Source: Lepidodermella squamata (lineage: Eukaryota; Animalia; Gastrotricha). Taken from it: a stretch of 64,000 bases of DNA. The stretch covers positions 1,674,001 through 1,738,000 of the forward strand of contig JBLDXI010000011.1 in assembly GCA_047495785.1 (NCBI GenBank). Direction: 5' to 3'. Under the pieces are notes generated by a model, which saw only the letters and a list, made by a program, of their open reading frames with translations, did not search any database and was not told where the DNA came from. The position numbers and the translations under genes are program-made. This document shows, in pieces, positions 36,301 through 46,560 of this stretch. Positions within the stretch are counted from its first letter, which is position 1, and each line of letters opens with the position of its first letter.

Positions 36301-39300
36301 CGTGCACGCGGGTGCGCGCAGCTATTTTCGCGCACCTTCCGGGTGTAGCTAGCTATAATCCTGCACCCTCGGGTGTAGCAAGCAAATTCTATGCACTCAG
36401 CGGGCGGGTGCAGCTAGCGACGACCAAAAATAAACGCGGGAACCGCAATAATGCCACTGAAACAAAACAACCGTCGACTGAAACAAAACAACAGATTTGT
36501 GGCTCATAGTCAAGACCGACGCGAACATTACAATTCCCACAAACTGTAAAAATTGACTTTTTGGGAAAATTATTCCACTAAGTAATTTTGATTAGGAATT
36601 TCTAAAATTTAGCAATAAATTCCTAATACCAATTTAATGCTTTTGAATTGATAGTCACGGTTTAAATTTTCCATAAATTTTCAATTGAAATGGCGAAAAA
36701 TACTATCCATTTTTTTAATTTCCACGGCGCAATTTTTTCGTTCATTTTTGTCGAAATAACCGTAAGATGATCGCAATTCAGACTGAGCTGGTTGCAAGCC
36801 ATTCATAATTTCGTGTTGTAGTGACCTAATTAATTATTGCTTGGATATGTTTGTGTCTTGCAAAAAAAATGGGAGCAAGTTTTATTGCTATGTGATATAT
36901 TGCTACTGCAGAAAAAAACTATAGCCACGAAAGCAGGGTGTCTTCAACCTTCCTAATGCAAGTTTCCCAATGCAAGTTTACCAATCTGTAAAACTAACAC
37001 CGGCATGCACACTTTTAGCTAATTCGCCGCGAGGCGCTATTTAATCCACTGAAAATATGCAAGTTTACCACCGAAAACACGTAAAAACATTTATTCGCTG
37101 AGCAACCTTGCATCGCAGGATTTTATTACTCAACTCGAGGCAAAGAGAATGAACAACATCAATCAAACCTTGCGGTTCATATCATGCAAATAGCACTCAA
37201 ATTTAGTGAGCGTTCTAATAGCTAGTTTAACCCTTAGACGCCGGCGCAATGACGTGTGGGGGTACGACTTGAGGCGTCCGAGTTTTTATGTATTAAAAAA
37301 CGCGGCGACCCGCTAAAATTGACTTATAAACGCGTTTTTCAATTTTTTTCACGGTTTCTCACGTTAGGTCAAAGTTTATTGTTATAAAACGCGCTGAAGC
37401 GTCAGATCGACGGGTTTACAAGTAAGAACACGTGTCACCACAAGGCTTTTTATTAACGCATTATTATTAGCTTGTTTTTTCGAGAAATTTATTCGACGAT
37501 GTGCGAGGCGTGCATCACTGTGAATCATGATAATACGTCGTGTATTCACGCAACAGTCGTAACGCCAATTCGCGTCATTGCAAAAAACGTGTTGCCTCCC
37601 AATCGAGCTCGACTTGACACGATTTTGGACGCGTTTACAAGTTCTGAAAAAAAATTGTCACTATGTCCCCCACTGGGCCAACAGGTAATTATTTTCCGAA
37701 TCAAAGCTTCGACCTATGGTTACCTGGGTATTTGAGACTAATTACCGTGCAAAAATGAAACCGTTTGGACTAAAAATGAATTTTCGGCAAATTTTTATTC
37801 GAATTGACTCGTGTACACGTCATCGGCGGCTAAGGGTTAATTACTGCGTCGTTGCTAATGAGAGGCGCGTTTTTTCGCGTATTTGGCCGTGATGTTTCTC
37901 ATCGCCTCGTTGATACACCTGTATTTCGCCTTCTGCTTCTTAATTTGTTGACCAGCTTCCTGTTGCAGTAGCTCACTGTCGGTCTCGTCCTCAATGGTGA
38001 TAATCAGATCGTAGAAGCGCCAAAAGACAAGGTGACTACAACGCGCGGCCCGGTTGTAGCGGCTGTTGTTGCCTTCAGCGCCGTTGTTCGTACGTACGTC
38101 CTCCCCATAAACACACCATTCTTCTGGCGGTACAGTCTTCAACCACTGCTCACCCCAATAGTCACAGAAGTCAAGAATCTTCTTGTCGCGTCGAAAAAGT
38201 AGAACGACTGCCTACAACTTTCGAAGGCTGGAAATTTCAGCAAAGCGCCCGGGTATCGATCTTTGAGGTTGCCGCGAACCTCTTGATAAGCTTCGGGTCC
38301 AGTATTTTTCGTTGTTCTAGCCAGCTCGCGGAACTTTGCGAGTGAAACTTCAATCTCGGCAGCAATTTCGTCAACTCCGTGATGATCGTGGTGTTGAAGT
38401 AATTCAACAGCCCCATCTTGTTCAATGCAGGATCCCAGGCAGCCAGTCTCACGGCGTTTAGCACAGTAATAACGATTTTGATAATAGTCGCTGAAGAGGT
38501 CGAGGTGATAAACCTGATAGTCGTCAGTTATTATTGTCTGGGTCTTTTTCGTATTCAGATACTGGTACTTGACAACAGCAGTTTCAACAACTGACGGAAC
38601 CGTTGAGGCTGGCGAAGAACCAGTTGCTTCAGAATCAGGAGAGCTGCTAGTGGATTCATCGCTCATGAAGACCTGCGTAGCGGCTAGTTGACGGTTTTTT
38701 TCTTCCAGCTGTCGCCGTAGCTCACGGTTTTCGGCTGCCAAGCGTGCCTTTGTGCTAGAAGGTATTTTCGGTGGGCTGAACAGGGCCACAGGCGTAATTA
38801 TGGTTTTCGCAGCGGTGGGCTTCTTCTTGCGCTTAGCTGTGATTTGCGGCTTAGCTGTTGACACCACAGGCGGTTGGAAACTGGGAGCGAAGCAAGCGAC
38901 GATGACGAATAGGAAGTGGCCGGCGATGATGAAGATGAAGCACCTGGATAATAAAATCATGTTTCCGGTGGTAAATTCGCTAATTTCCCGGTGTTTACCT
39001 GACTGCGGCGAGGCCATCCGTCGCTTTTTGGCCGACTTCGGCTTGCACTTATTGCCGCGCTTGTGGCCCATACCGCGGCCATCACGAAATTCGCGACCGC
39101 ACTTCGCGCATATATTTACTCCATTTCCTGATTTACTACAAATCACGGCCAGAAGAGAGCAGTACAGTACAGTTAAATGTTCAGTACAGTACAGCTCTCT
39201 TTGAGTGAGTTTTACACATTGGTAAACTTGCATTGGGAAACTTGCATTGCGGAAGTTAAAGGAATCGAAAGCAGCACGAATGAACGTAAACTGAAATACT

Positions 39301-40314
39301 GTAATGACTTGTGACAACCTCAACCTTGAATAACGAAAAGATTTCATCTCGATTTTCTCAAACATTTATTAATATTCCGAATTCAAAGTCCACCTGTAAT
39401 TTGCAGTGTTCAGGATTGCAGATGGTGGAAAAAACCAGCCGTTTACTTCATTTTTGAGTTCAGCGGAATTGAAAGTTTTTGTTGAATTTTTTGGGCGATG
39501 AATTTTGGCGATTTTTGTCAATCATTTCTAATTTTCAGGGAGGAGCCGGAGGCGTCTAAAATGTTGAAATTAGGGTGAAATTCACAGCCTTTGCTCAGTT
39601 TTGTTTAATTATTGATTCCACCGGACGTATGCTTTATTTGGAAATTGTTTCAATCATTCTCTCGAAAAAACTGTTCACAGCCTCTGAAAATGAGGCATTT
39701 TTCTTTGCACCGATCTGCATTATTAGCCATGAATCTGTGAAGTCGACGGTTATTTTGTTTCGCAGCGGCATTAATGCGACTCCCGCGTTCATTTGAATTG
39801 CCCAATAGCGTGCGAGCAATTAATTTTAATGGAAAATTAGCCTTTCACGGCTTTTTAGTGGCCGGAGGAAACCACCGCGGATCCGTAAATGTGCACTTGG
39901 TGAAGATGCAAAGTTAGTTTTAAGCCATTTGTTTCTATTTCTGGCACACTGTTCTGGCCCGGTTAGTCTTTGCAAACACTAATACGTGTTTAATGTTTAA
40001 TAGACGTGAAGAAGGCGCTATTTGCAGACGTTCGAAATCGCGTGAGACGGTGTTGGAAAAATGACGAGGATAAGACTATCATTCAAGCCTTCTTCGAATG
40101 CACAAATGCTAAGCCAGTTTGCACCGTGGTGGATGTAAAGCAACATCTGAAGAAGGCTGGTACTCCTTTCGATTACGAGAAGATTAATGCTATTGGAAAA
40201 AGGATGACTTCAGCAAACGTACTTTCAAACCTTGGAGGGAAGACCTGGACTTTTCGTTCAAACGTTGAGAGGTCATACTTTCAGGAACACCCACAAGTTA
40301 CGGTCATGTCATGA
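33302..40314 (+). CDS. P-loop NTPase copy 5 (long splice type, ~453 aa)
   Basis: Exons 33302-33920, 33982-34215, 34293-34490 and 40004-40314 in frame; GQYGTGKT and VLVIDN; intron 3 is 5513 nt. Confidence 0.8.
35101..35224. mobile_element. 124-bp MITE, TA TSD
   Basis: TA|ccgtattttt(t)cgaataaggg ... cccttattcgaaaaaatacgg|TA. Confidence 0.9.
35390..35621. mobile_element. 232-bp palindromic MITE, TA TSD
   Basis: TA|ccgtagagcggtacaattttgaaca ... tgttcaaaattgtaccgctctacgg|TA; internal gtacaattttgaac repeats. Confidence 0.9.
37231..37836. mobile_element. piggyBac-type non-autonomous element
   Basis: TTAA|cccttag.cgccg ... cggcggctaaggg|TTAA; empty TTAA site at about 9621 in the duplicate. Confidence 0.9.
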
Positions 40315-40472
40315 TGAGCATGGCGTGATGACCTTGTTGTTTCTCCTGAAAGCCCATAAACCTTAATAAACAACCATACTTAGCGATGATTTAACGTGTA
40401 ATTATTATGTGCGTAAATATGTGGTAACGAACTTGAATTATTTCGATTGTAATGCCATGCTTTACAATCGAT

Positions 40473-40700
40473 GAGGTCCTACTTTAAGGAACACCCACAG
40501 GTTACGGTCATGTCATGATGAGCATGGCGTGATGATCTTGTTGTTTCGCCAGTCCATAATATTTAATAAACAAAATGCTTAGCGATGATTCAGCGTGCTT
40601 TTTATTGTCAATTTATATGAGCGTAAATGTGTGGTAACGAACTCAAATTATTTGGATTGTGAATTAAATAAGAGATAAAAAATAATTCTTATAATTTCTT
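40473..40700 (+). pseudogene. Orphan 3' end (last codons plus 3' UTR) of another NTPase copy
   Basis: Encodes RSYFKEHPQVTVMS-stop with a UTR resembling copy 3; begins right after a short inverted-repeat junction at 40443-40471. Confidence 0.85.
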
Positions 40701-40719
40701 ACCAATCATTCACCATTTC

Positions 40720-41860
40720 AGAAGCGGTCACAGAAGTCGAGAGTTCGGAAATCGTAATGGATTGCGAAGCTCAATCGGTCAAGGCTGGCGATTCGCATGA
40801 ATCGAAGTCAATAGGAGCAAATGAAGCTGAAGGTAAAATCGATCTGGAAAAAGCTACTGATTGCGAAATCATACCCTGATCATTTCGACGCGTTGGCAAC
40901 AGCGGAATTCTGCACCTACTTCAACAGGTGGTTCGATATCTTCAACGTGAATTTGAATTCCTGGGTTATCACCCTGACGTCAAGCCGTTTACATCGCCTG
41001 ACGATAATCGGTTCTATTGGTTAACGAACGAGTTTTTGCCCTGGTGGCATCGACTTCAGGCAGACACAAAGGCACAATACAACAATACAATTCCTCCACA
41101 CACGTTCAAAAGTGTGACAAAATCGACCGAAAAAATTATTGTTTGCATTCGCCGATGCCTCAACTTGGGCGTGAAAACTGTCTTAACAAATCGCTTCAAC
41201 AACGATCCGGTAGAACAGTTTTTTTCACAGCTCCGGTGCGGCGGCGGTGGTAGTCGCCACCCGTCTATGTTGCGGGTGTACCAACGAACCGCGCGGCTTC
41301 GGTTTGTTGGAAGCATTTTTCGATCTCCAGGGGCGCCAATATCAAGGGCCAGTCTTTCCTTTCCCTGCCTATGACTGAAATGCGTCGGGAATTGAAAGAA
41401 GTCGCTAGCCGGCTGGCGGAAGATGACGTGACTCTACAACAACCTCTTCCCGACTCGCTGATCGTCGACGAACAGTCAAATCGGAACATCGCCGGATACA
41501 TCACGCATCACGGCTAAGATAAACGCGAAACGAGCCGCTGGTAAGAAACTAGCTCAAGATCTCACCCAGCCAGCACCCTCAAACAGCCGAGGCGGATTGG
41601 CAAGGCCAAACCGGGGTGTGCTGTCTATCGCCGATCATGCCACTGCTCTCAGCCGTCGCGCGGAATGGCTTGCCGACGACTGGTAACAAAAACTGTGTGA
41701 CGAGTTGCCTTTCGATATCCCGGTATCGACAATCATCGATACTGTGCCCTACTTGCGGCGACTCTTTGCGAAGCGAGTCACCATGAACGTCGCTGAACGG
41801 CAACACACAACAACCAACACATTGCGCGCCGGTCTTAACAGCAACGCGCCTTCCAATCTA
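40720..41860 (+). mobile_element. P-element/THAP9-superfamily transposase remnant (C-terminal half)
   Basis: YFNRWFDIFN, LTNRFNNDPVEQFFSQLR.GGG..RHPS and NIAGYI; frameshifts and stops. Confidence 0.8.
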
Positions 41861-44800
41861 AAATAAATAATTCCTCTATTTTTCGTTTTAATTGGAAATT
41901 CGAAGTGTTGTTTCACTTGAGCCCGTTTTTCACCGTTTTTTTGTAAAAATTCGACCGTGCAATTAAAAGATGAAGAGTTGGTAAAAAAGTGAGTGTGTGT
42001 TTTGCGCGTGCGCGAGCATGGGCGACGTCGCCAGGGAAGCCGCGCGTCGCTAAGGAATAATTGAGGGGTGCGCGCGCGCAGCATGTTCCTTTGTAACTGG
42101 CTTAGTGCGAACAACAGCTAATAATTATGAATCATCGCTGCATTTTTTGCATGGTGATGATTCATAATTTGTGCCAAAAGATCACACCAAGTGCTAAATC
42201 CGCCAGTTTCTGCTCCTTCATTACTCCAAGGTTTGCTTGAGTGTTCTAAGGGGAATCAACCACGCTGAGTCGAATGGCGGCGTCAATTTCCGGAAATTCG
42301 ACAGTCATTAGGAGCCATCCCAATTACCGGTAATTACCGGGGGTAATAAAATTTATTGCCCCTTGAAAGATACACCTGGGGACATCATGAAACACATCTT
42401 CTTACGCAGAATTTCGCGCTGATTCCGAATCTGGCGTTTGTTTTTCCGTCAAATATGTTTTAATAATCTTCCAGGGGGTTATCACCGATAATTACTGGCT
42501 ATCGTAAAGTTGATTGCACTGTCTAAAAAGTTAAAAACGTTAGATGACAACACTTTTCTGCATACATTTTAAAATCTGACGTCATTTCCAAGTCGAAAGT
42601 GTTTGATCATTATTAGAATTCAGTGGAAGCTATGAAATTTGAAACGACCAAACTTGAAAGTAGTCTCGAAAAACAGAATTTTAGGCCATTTTTAGGAGGT
42701 TTTCAGACTTTTTTTGAGTGAAAGAAGCAAATAAATTCCTCGCTTCGCTTGGTAATGTGCTCAATTTGCATGTCATTTTCGCCTATGTGACAGTGATTTT
42801 GTAGTCACGAGCAAGTTTGCATCCAAAAATGTCAGCAGGGTTAGATATTGATATTGAGAGAAAAACGGAAGATAGGGAAGATTTCGGTCCTGCGGTAGCG
42901 GAAGGTTATACACTTTTTCCAGTCCTGGCCTCAGCTGAAAATTCACCTAGCATGGAGTTCAAAATGAACCTGAAAATGTCCTGAAATCTCGAAAGATTGT
43001 CGAGATCGAAAATTTGGATTGCTCAAAGACCCATGTTTTCGTTGAAATCTCCGAAGAAGCGAAGGAACATTCGCAAGAAATATCGAACTTACAAGGCGTT
43101 ATCGACGCTTTCCCACCCGAAATTCCTGTTAGCTAGAAGTCGAAATTCGTCAGCGTGGCTTGCGGCCCGTCTCAAATTATATCAATCGTTCGACCATTTG
43201 CGAAACCTCGCCCGGCGCCCGGCGCCTAAAATCGATATCTGCGCCAGCCACATGTACGCTTGTGCTTTACAGGGCGATGAAGAAGAGGTTATGGAGGACC
43301 CCTCGACCGGCTAAAAATTTTTTTCGATTTTTCAGCAACCTCTTTGACCCAGGCTTATTTGGTCGGATTAGAAGATGCTTACCATGAAGAAGACAAATTG
43401 AGCCAGGTGAAAATTTTATCTGCAGCTTGGCCTCAAATCAAAATTAGGCCATGCAGAAAAACGAGAAAGTCGAAGAGAAAATCGAAAAACCTTGCGTTCA
43501 AGTTCAAATTTGCGAAGAACCCGTCCCCAGAGAAGAAGTCGAGTTCAAAAAGCCTTTGAAACCCGTCCAATACAACAGAAAGCATGTTCCGCCTGAAATT
43601 GCTGGTCAGTATTTGTTTTTTGTTGGGTTTCTCAGATTTTATCGATTTTAGTTTCGTAGTTCATCGTGATTTCAAACCTGGTCAAACATGTGTCACCGGC
43701 AAAACCAGCTGAGAAACCGAGAAAATGTGCCGTCGAAGAAAATTACGAAATTTTGGACTATGGGACGCTACAATTTGGCTCTCCTAAAGGTAATCTTGAT
43801 TTTTTCCAATTTTTTTCATTTCAATTGTTCAATTTTTGAAGTGGATGCGAGCGTGAATCAAGCCTCTGATTCGATTTTTTGTCCTCTGGTTGGACTTCTG
43901 AAACTTTCGCCGACTGTTCCGTGGCGCCGAGCTCGCCTTTGCCTGTCTCGGCCTGTCCCGCCCTAGCAACCTGCCCTGCCAGCCGTTTTACGGCCACGAA
44001 GATCGAATCGATGAAGAAGAGAATTAATGAATTATGTCATATGTTACTCGCGTTAAAAAGACGCTTTTTTCATCGATACCTGTGCTGAATGCTACTCATC
44101 TTTTTATTGTTCGAGCGGTTTTGATTTTCGTTGATTGTTAATTATTAGTAAAATTCCGAATCGATATTTGACAGCTGGGGTTGGCGGGATTTTTGAGAAT
44201 TTGGATAACTTTGAGGCCCCAAGCACCAAACTATACCGAACGCGGTTTCTTGAATTCCAAGTTTTTCTAGGCTTAAGGCTCTACGTATGTAACACTTGAG
44301 TCATATCAATTGACCACCACTCTTGATGAAGAAAGGAAACGCCGGAAAGGCAAATAAGCTGAACGAAGATTGATGGTATTGGTATACAGGTTTACTTTGT
44401 TTTGGGTTTTAGGCTTTCGAACGGTACCCCTCTCAACATGCGCCCCAGTTTTTGCGCCTTCGAGATTTACAGTCTCAAAGTTACCGCAGCATTTTTGTCT
44501 TGTCTGAGTGGCTCAGACTGCAAAAGTAAACCCGCCTTCCAGTACTCTTATTATAGATGTTTTTACTCTCTTAGATGTGCTACTGTGGGCATGATTGTGG
44601 GTAGACGTGTCTGCGGGTTATGCTGCACATAAAAAATACGGCCGATCAATGGGATAAGAGTCGCAGACAAACGTAACATGTTTAAGCGCTTATTGCTCAT
44701 TGCGCAGGGGCACTCTTTCAATACTCAAGTTACCTACGCTTTCGCTAAAAGCAGCCTCTAATAAGCAGCAAGCAGCACCCCCAATGATCGAAGAGCGGTT

Positions 44801-45387
44801 AATTATCAGCTGAAATCATAACAGATTTCGTCGGGGTCATCGTTATATGGCGTTGAGAGCTCACCTAACAGAACTATGATGTTCGCAGCTGTTTTTCACT
44901 TGATACTTTTACCCGCCGTTGGGTGGTCTATGAAGCTGAATATAAAATCACCAATGCCTCAGTCAATGTCTCTACCGTTGAAATCAGGGAAACCAAGTTG
45001 AAACCAATTCTACCCAATTATAACCTAACTCTTGAATTTATTGACGATGAGGTGAACTGTTATCAGGACAGAGCCAAGCTACTAACGGCTCAAAATTATT
45101 CTATATTGCAGTGCAACTTTTACAGGGCACCAATACTTCTTATGGAGAGAATTTTGCAGCCACAGAGCGGAGAAAATAAGCTGCCGTTTCGTGTTAGTGG
45201 TGTTTGCGGCAATGCGAGATCTGGATGCATAGGTCACCACCAACGTAACTGCGGTAAGAACAAATATTCCTTACAAAATTTATCCTCACAAAACATTTCG
45301 CATTTCACATTGATTTTTTTGACCAGTTCTACCGTAATTTTGTTTAAATTCTTCGATCGATGATTTTTGACCCATCCCGTTCACTTA

Positions 45388-45555
45388 CCGTAAATACCGA
45401 ATGACACGACGCGACCGAAATAAAGGGCAGGGGCAGACCTATCCTAAGAAATTAAGGCCCTTTGTGCATTGATCTCGGGCAGCCGAGCAATTCGATTTTC
45501 TGGAAATACCCTCCGAAAAAATAGAAGCCAGTGCCTTATAATTCGGTATTTACGG
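45388..45555. mobile_element. 168-bp MITE, TA TSD, in a GPCR intron
   Basis: TA|ccgtaaataccgaat ... attcggtatttacgg|TA. Confidence 0.85.
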
Positions 45556-46560
45556 TATATTGCGTTACTTTTGGATTTTGGATGATACTTGATATTCTGC
45601 TTGGAAGATTGCGATGAAGGGCGTTGAGGACCGTATGTACTTCAGCGAAAACCGGCGGTAATACAGCAATTTTCACATGTTGCTGGAGGCCCAGGAGGGC
45701 TTCCACGACGCTATGGCGAATTTCATAGCCTCTCTTGGCTGGAAAAAAGTGTATGTTGCCTCAGATGCGACAGACGATTTTAATGCCGATGACGCTCTAA
45801 TCGTTTCCAAATGCAAGGCTCTCAATATAACTGCGGATACAACTACGAAATTCGTGTTCGACCGGGAAATATACTTGGGTAGAGGAACTTGAGCAGCAAC
45901 TATCGGCTTTGAAGAAACGATCACCCCGCATCATCATTTTCAATACACCAACCATCGCGGTAGTTTCCTGCGTTTTGTATCGCCTGAACATGTTCGGTCC
46001 GGGCTATGTTTTCATATCCGCTCAATTCCGGGCCCATCGTAGTTCCGTCCGGGCGAAATTACGCAAACAGCGTTATTTTCAAATTTTTCCGCGTTTTCTT
46101 CACATGTGTTTAAAGATTTAATTAAAAAATTAAATTTTTAATACAATAATTTCAATTTGTAATTTTTTTAATTTCGTAGCTATTAGCGACAGGGTTTGGG
46201 AAAAACTTGTTCCGGAAAGACCATGAGTGAGATCGCGATAAATGGTTGTATCGATTCCGGGGTTATTTCAATCAGGCTCTTTCATCCTAATGTGCTATTG
46301 AAAACAGCTTTTAACGGTTGATGAAGAAAACATCGAAATGTTAGGACAGCGTCATACCAAATGTGAAAATCTTATTCGGGCTTATGTTTTAGTACAGCGG
46401 CTGATCATGCTGTTGCATTCGGGAAAAAAACACGAGTCAAAAGTCGGCAATATACATAACCACCCGTTATTTATTCATATATCAAATTTGCAGAAGTTTA
46501 ATCAATTAGGATCTTCATCACTGATCACAAGTAAAACAATTATCACATAGCGTTTAGTAA

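Larger units (their letters stand above)
34650..36425. mobile_element. Second MULE-like non-autonomous element with 10-bp TSD
   Basis: TSD aaaaataaac at 34640-34649 and 36426-36435; t(a/g)caccc / gggtg(c/t)a subterminal repeats; empty site at about 8755-8770. Confidence 0.85.
34544..39896 (-). mobile_element. Internally deleted MULE (same insertion as 8331-10908) with secondary insertions
   Basis: TIRs g.gcacatttacggatccgcgg... Zinc-finger-like N-terminus, FLYWCH-like YYCAKRRETGC...HHDH, and C-terminal RTNNGAEG. The catalytic core is deleted at about 38200. Confidence 0.85.
21426..40452 (+). repeat. Segmental duplicate of about 1-11470
   Basis: Collinear, highly similar order of LINE tail, short-type gene, LINE with nested elements and long-type gene with MULE in intron 3; differs by independent insertions. 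Confidence 0.9.

Noticed and set aside
38139-39365. 408-aa host gene
   Set aside because: It lies within MULE TIRs, reads through probable UTR and intron sequence, and is a deleted transposase
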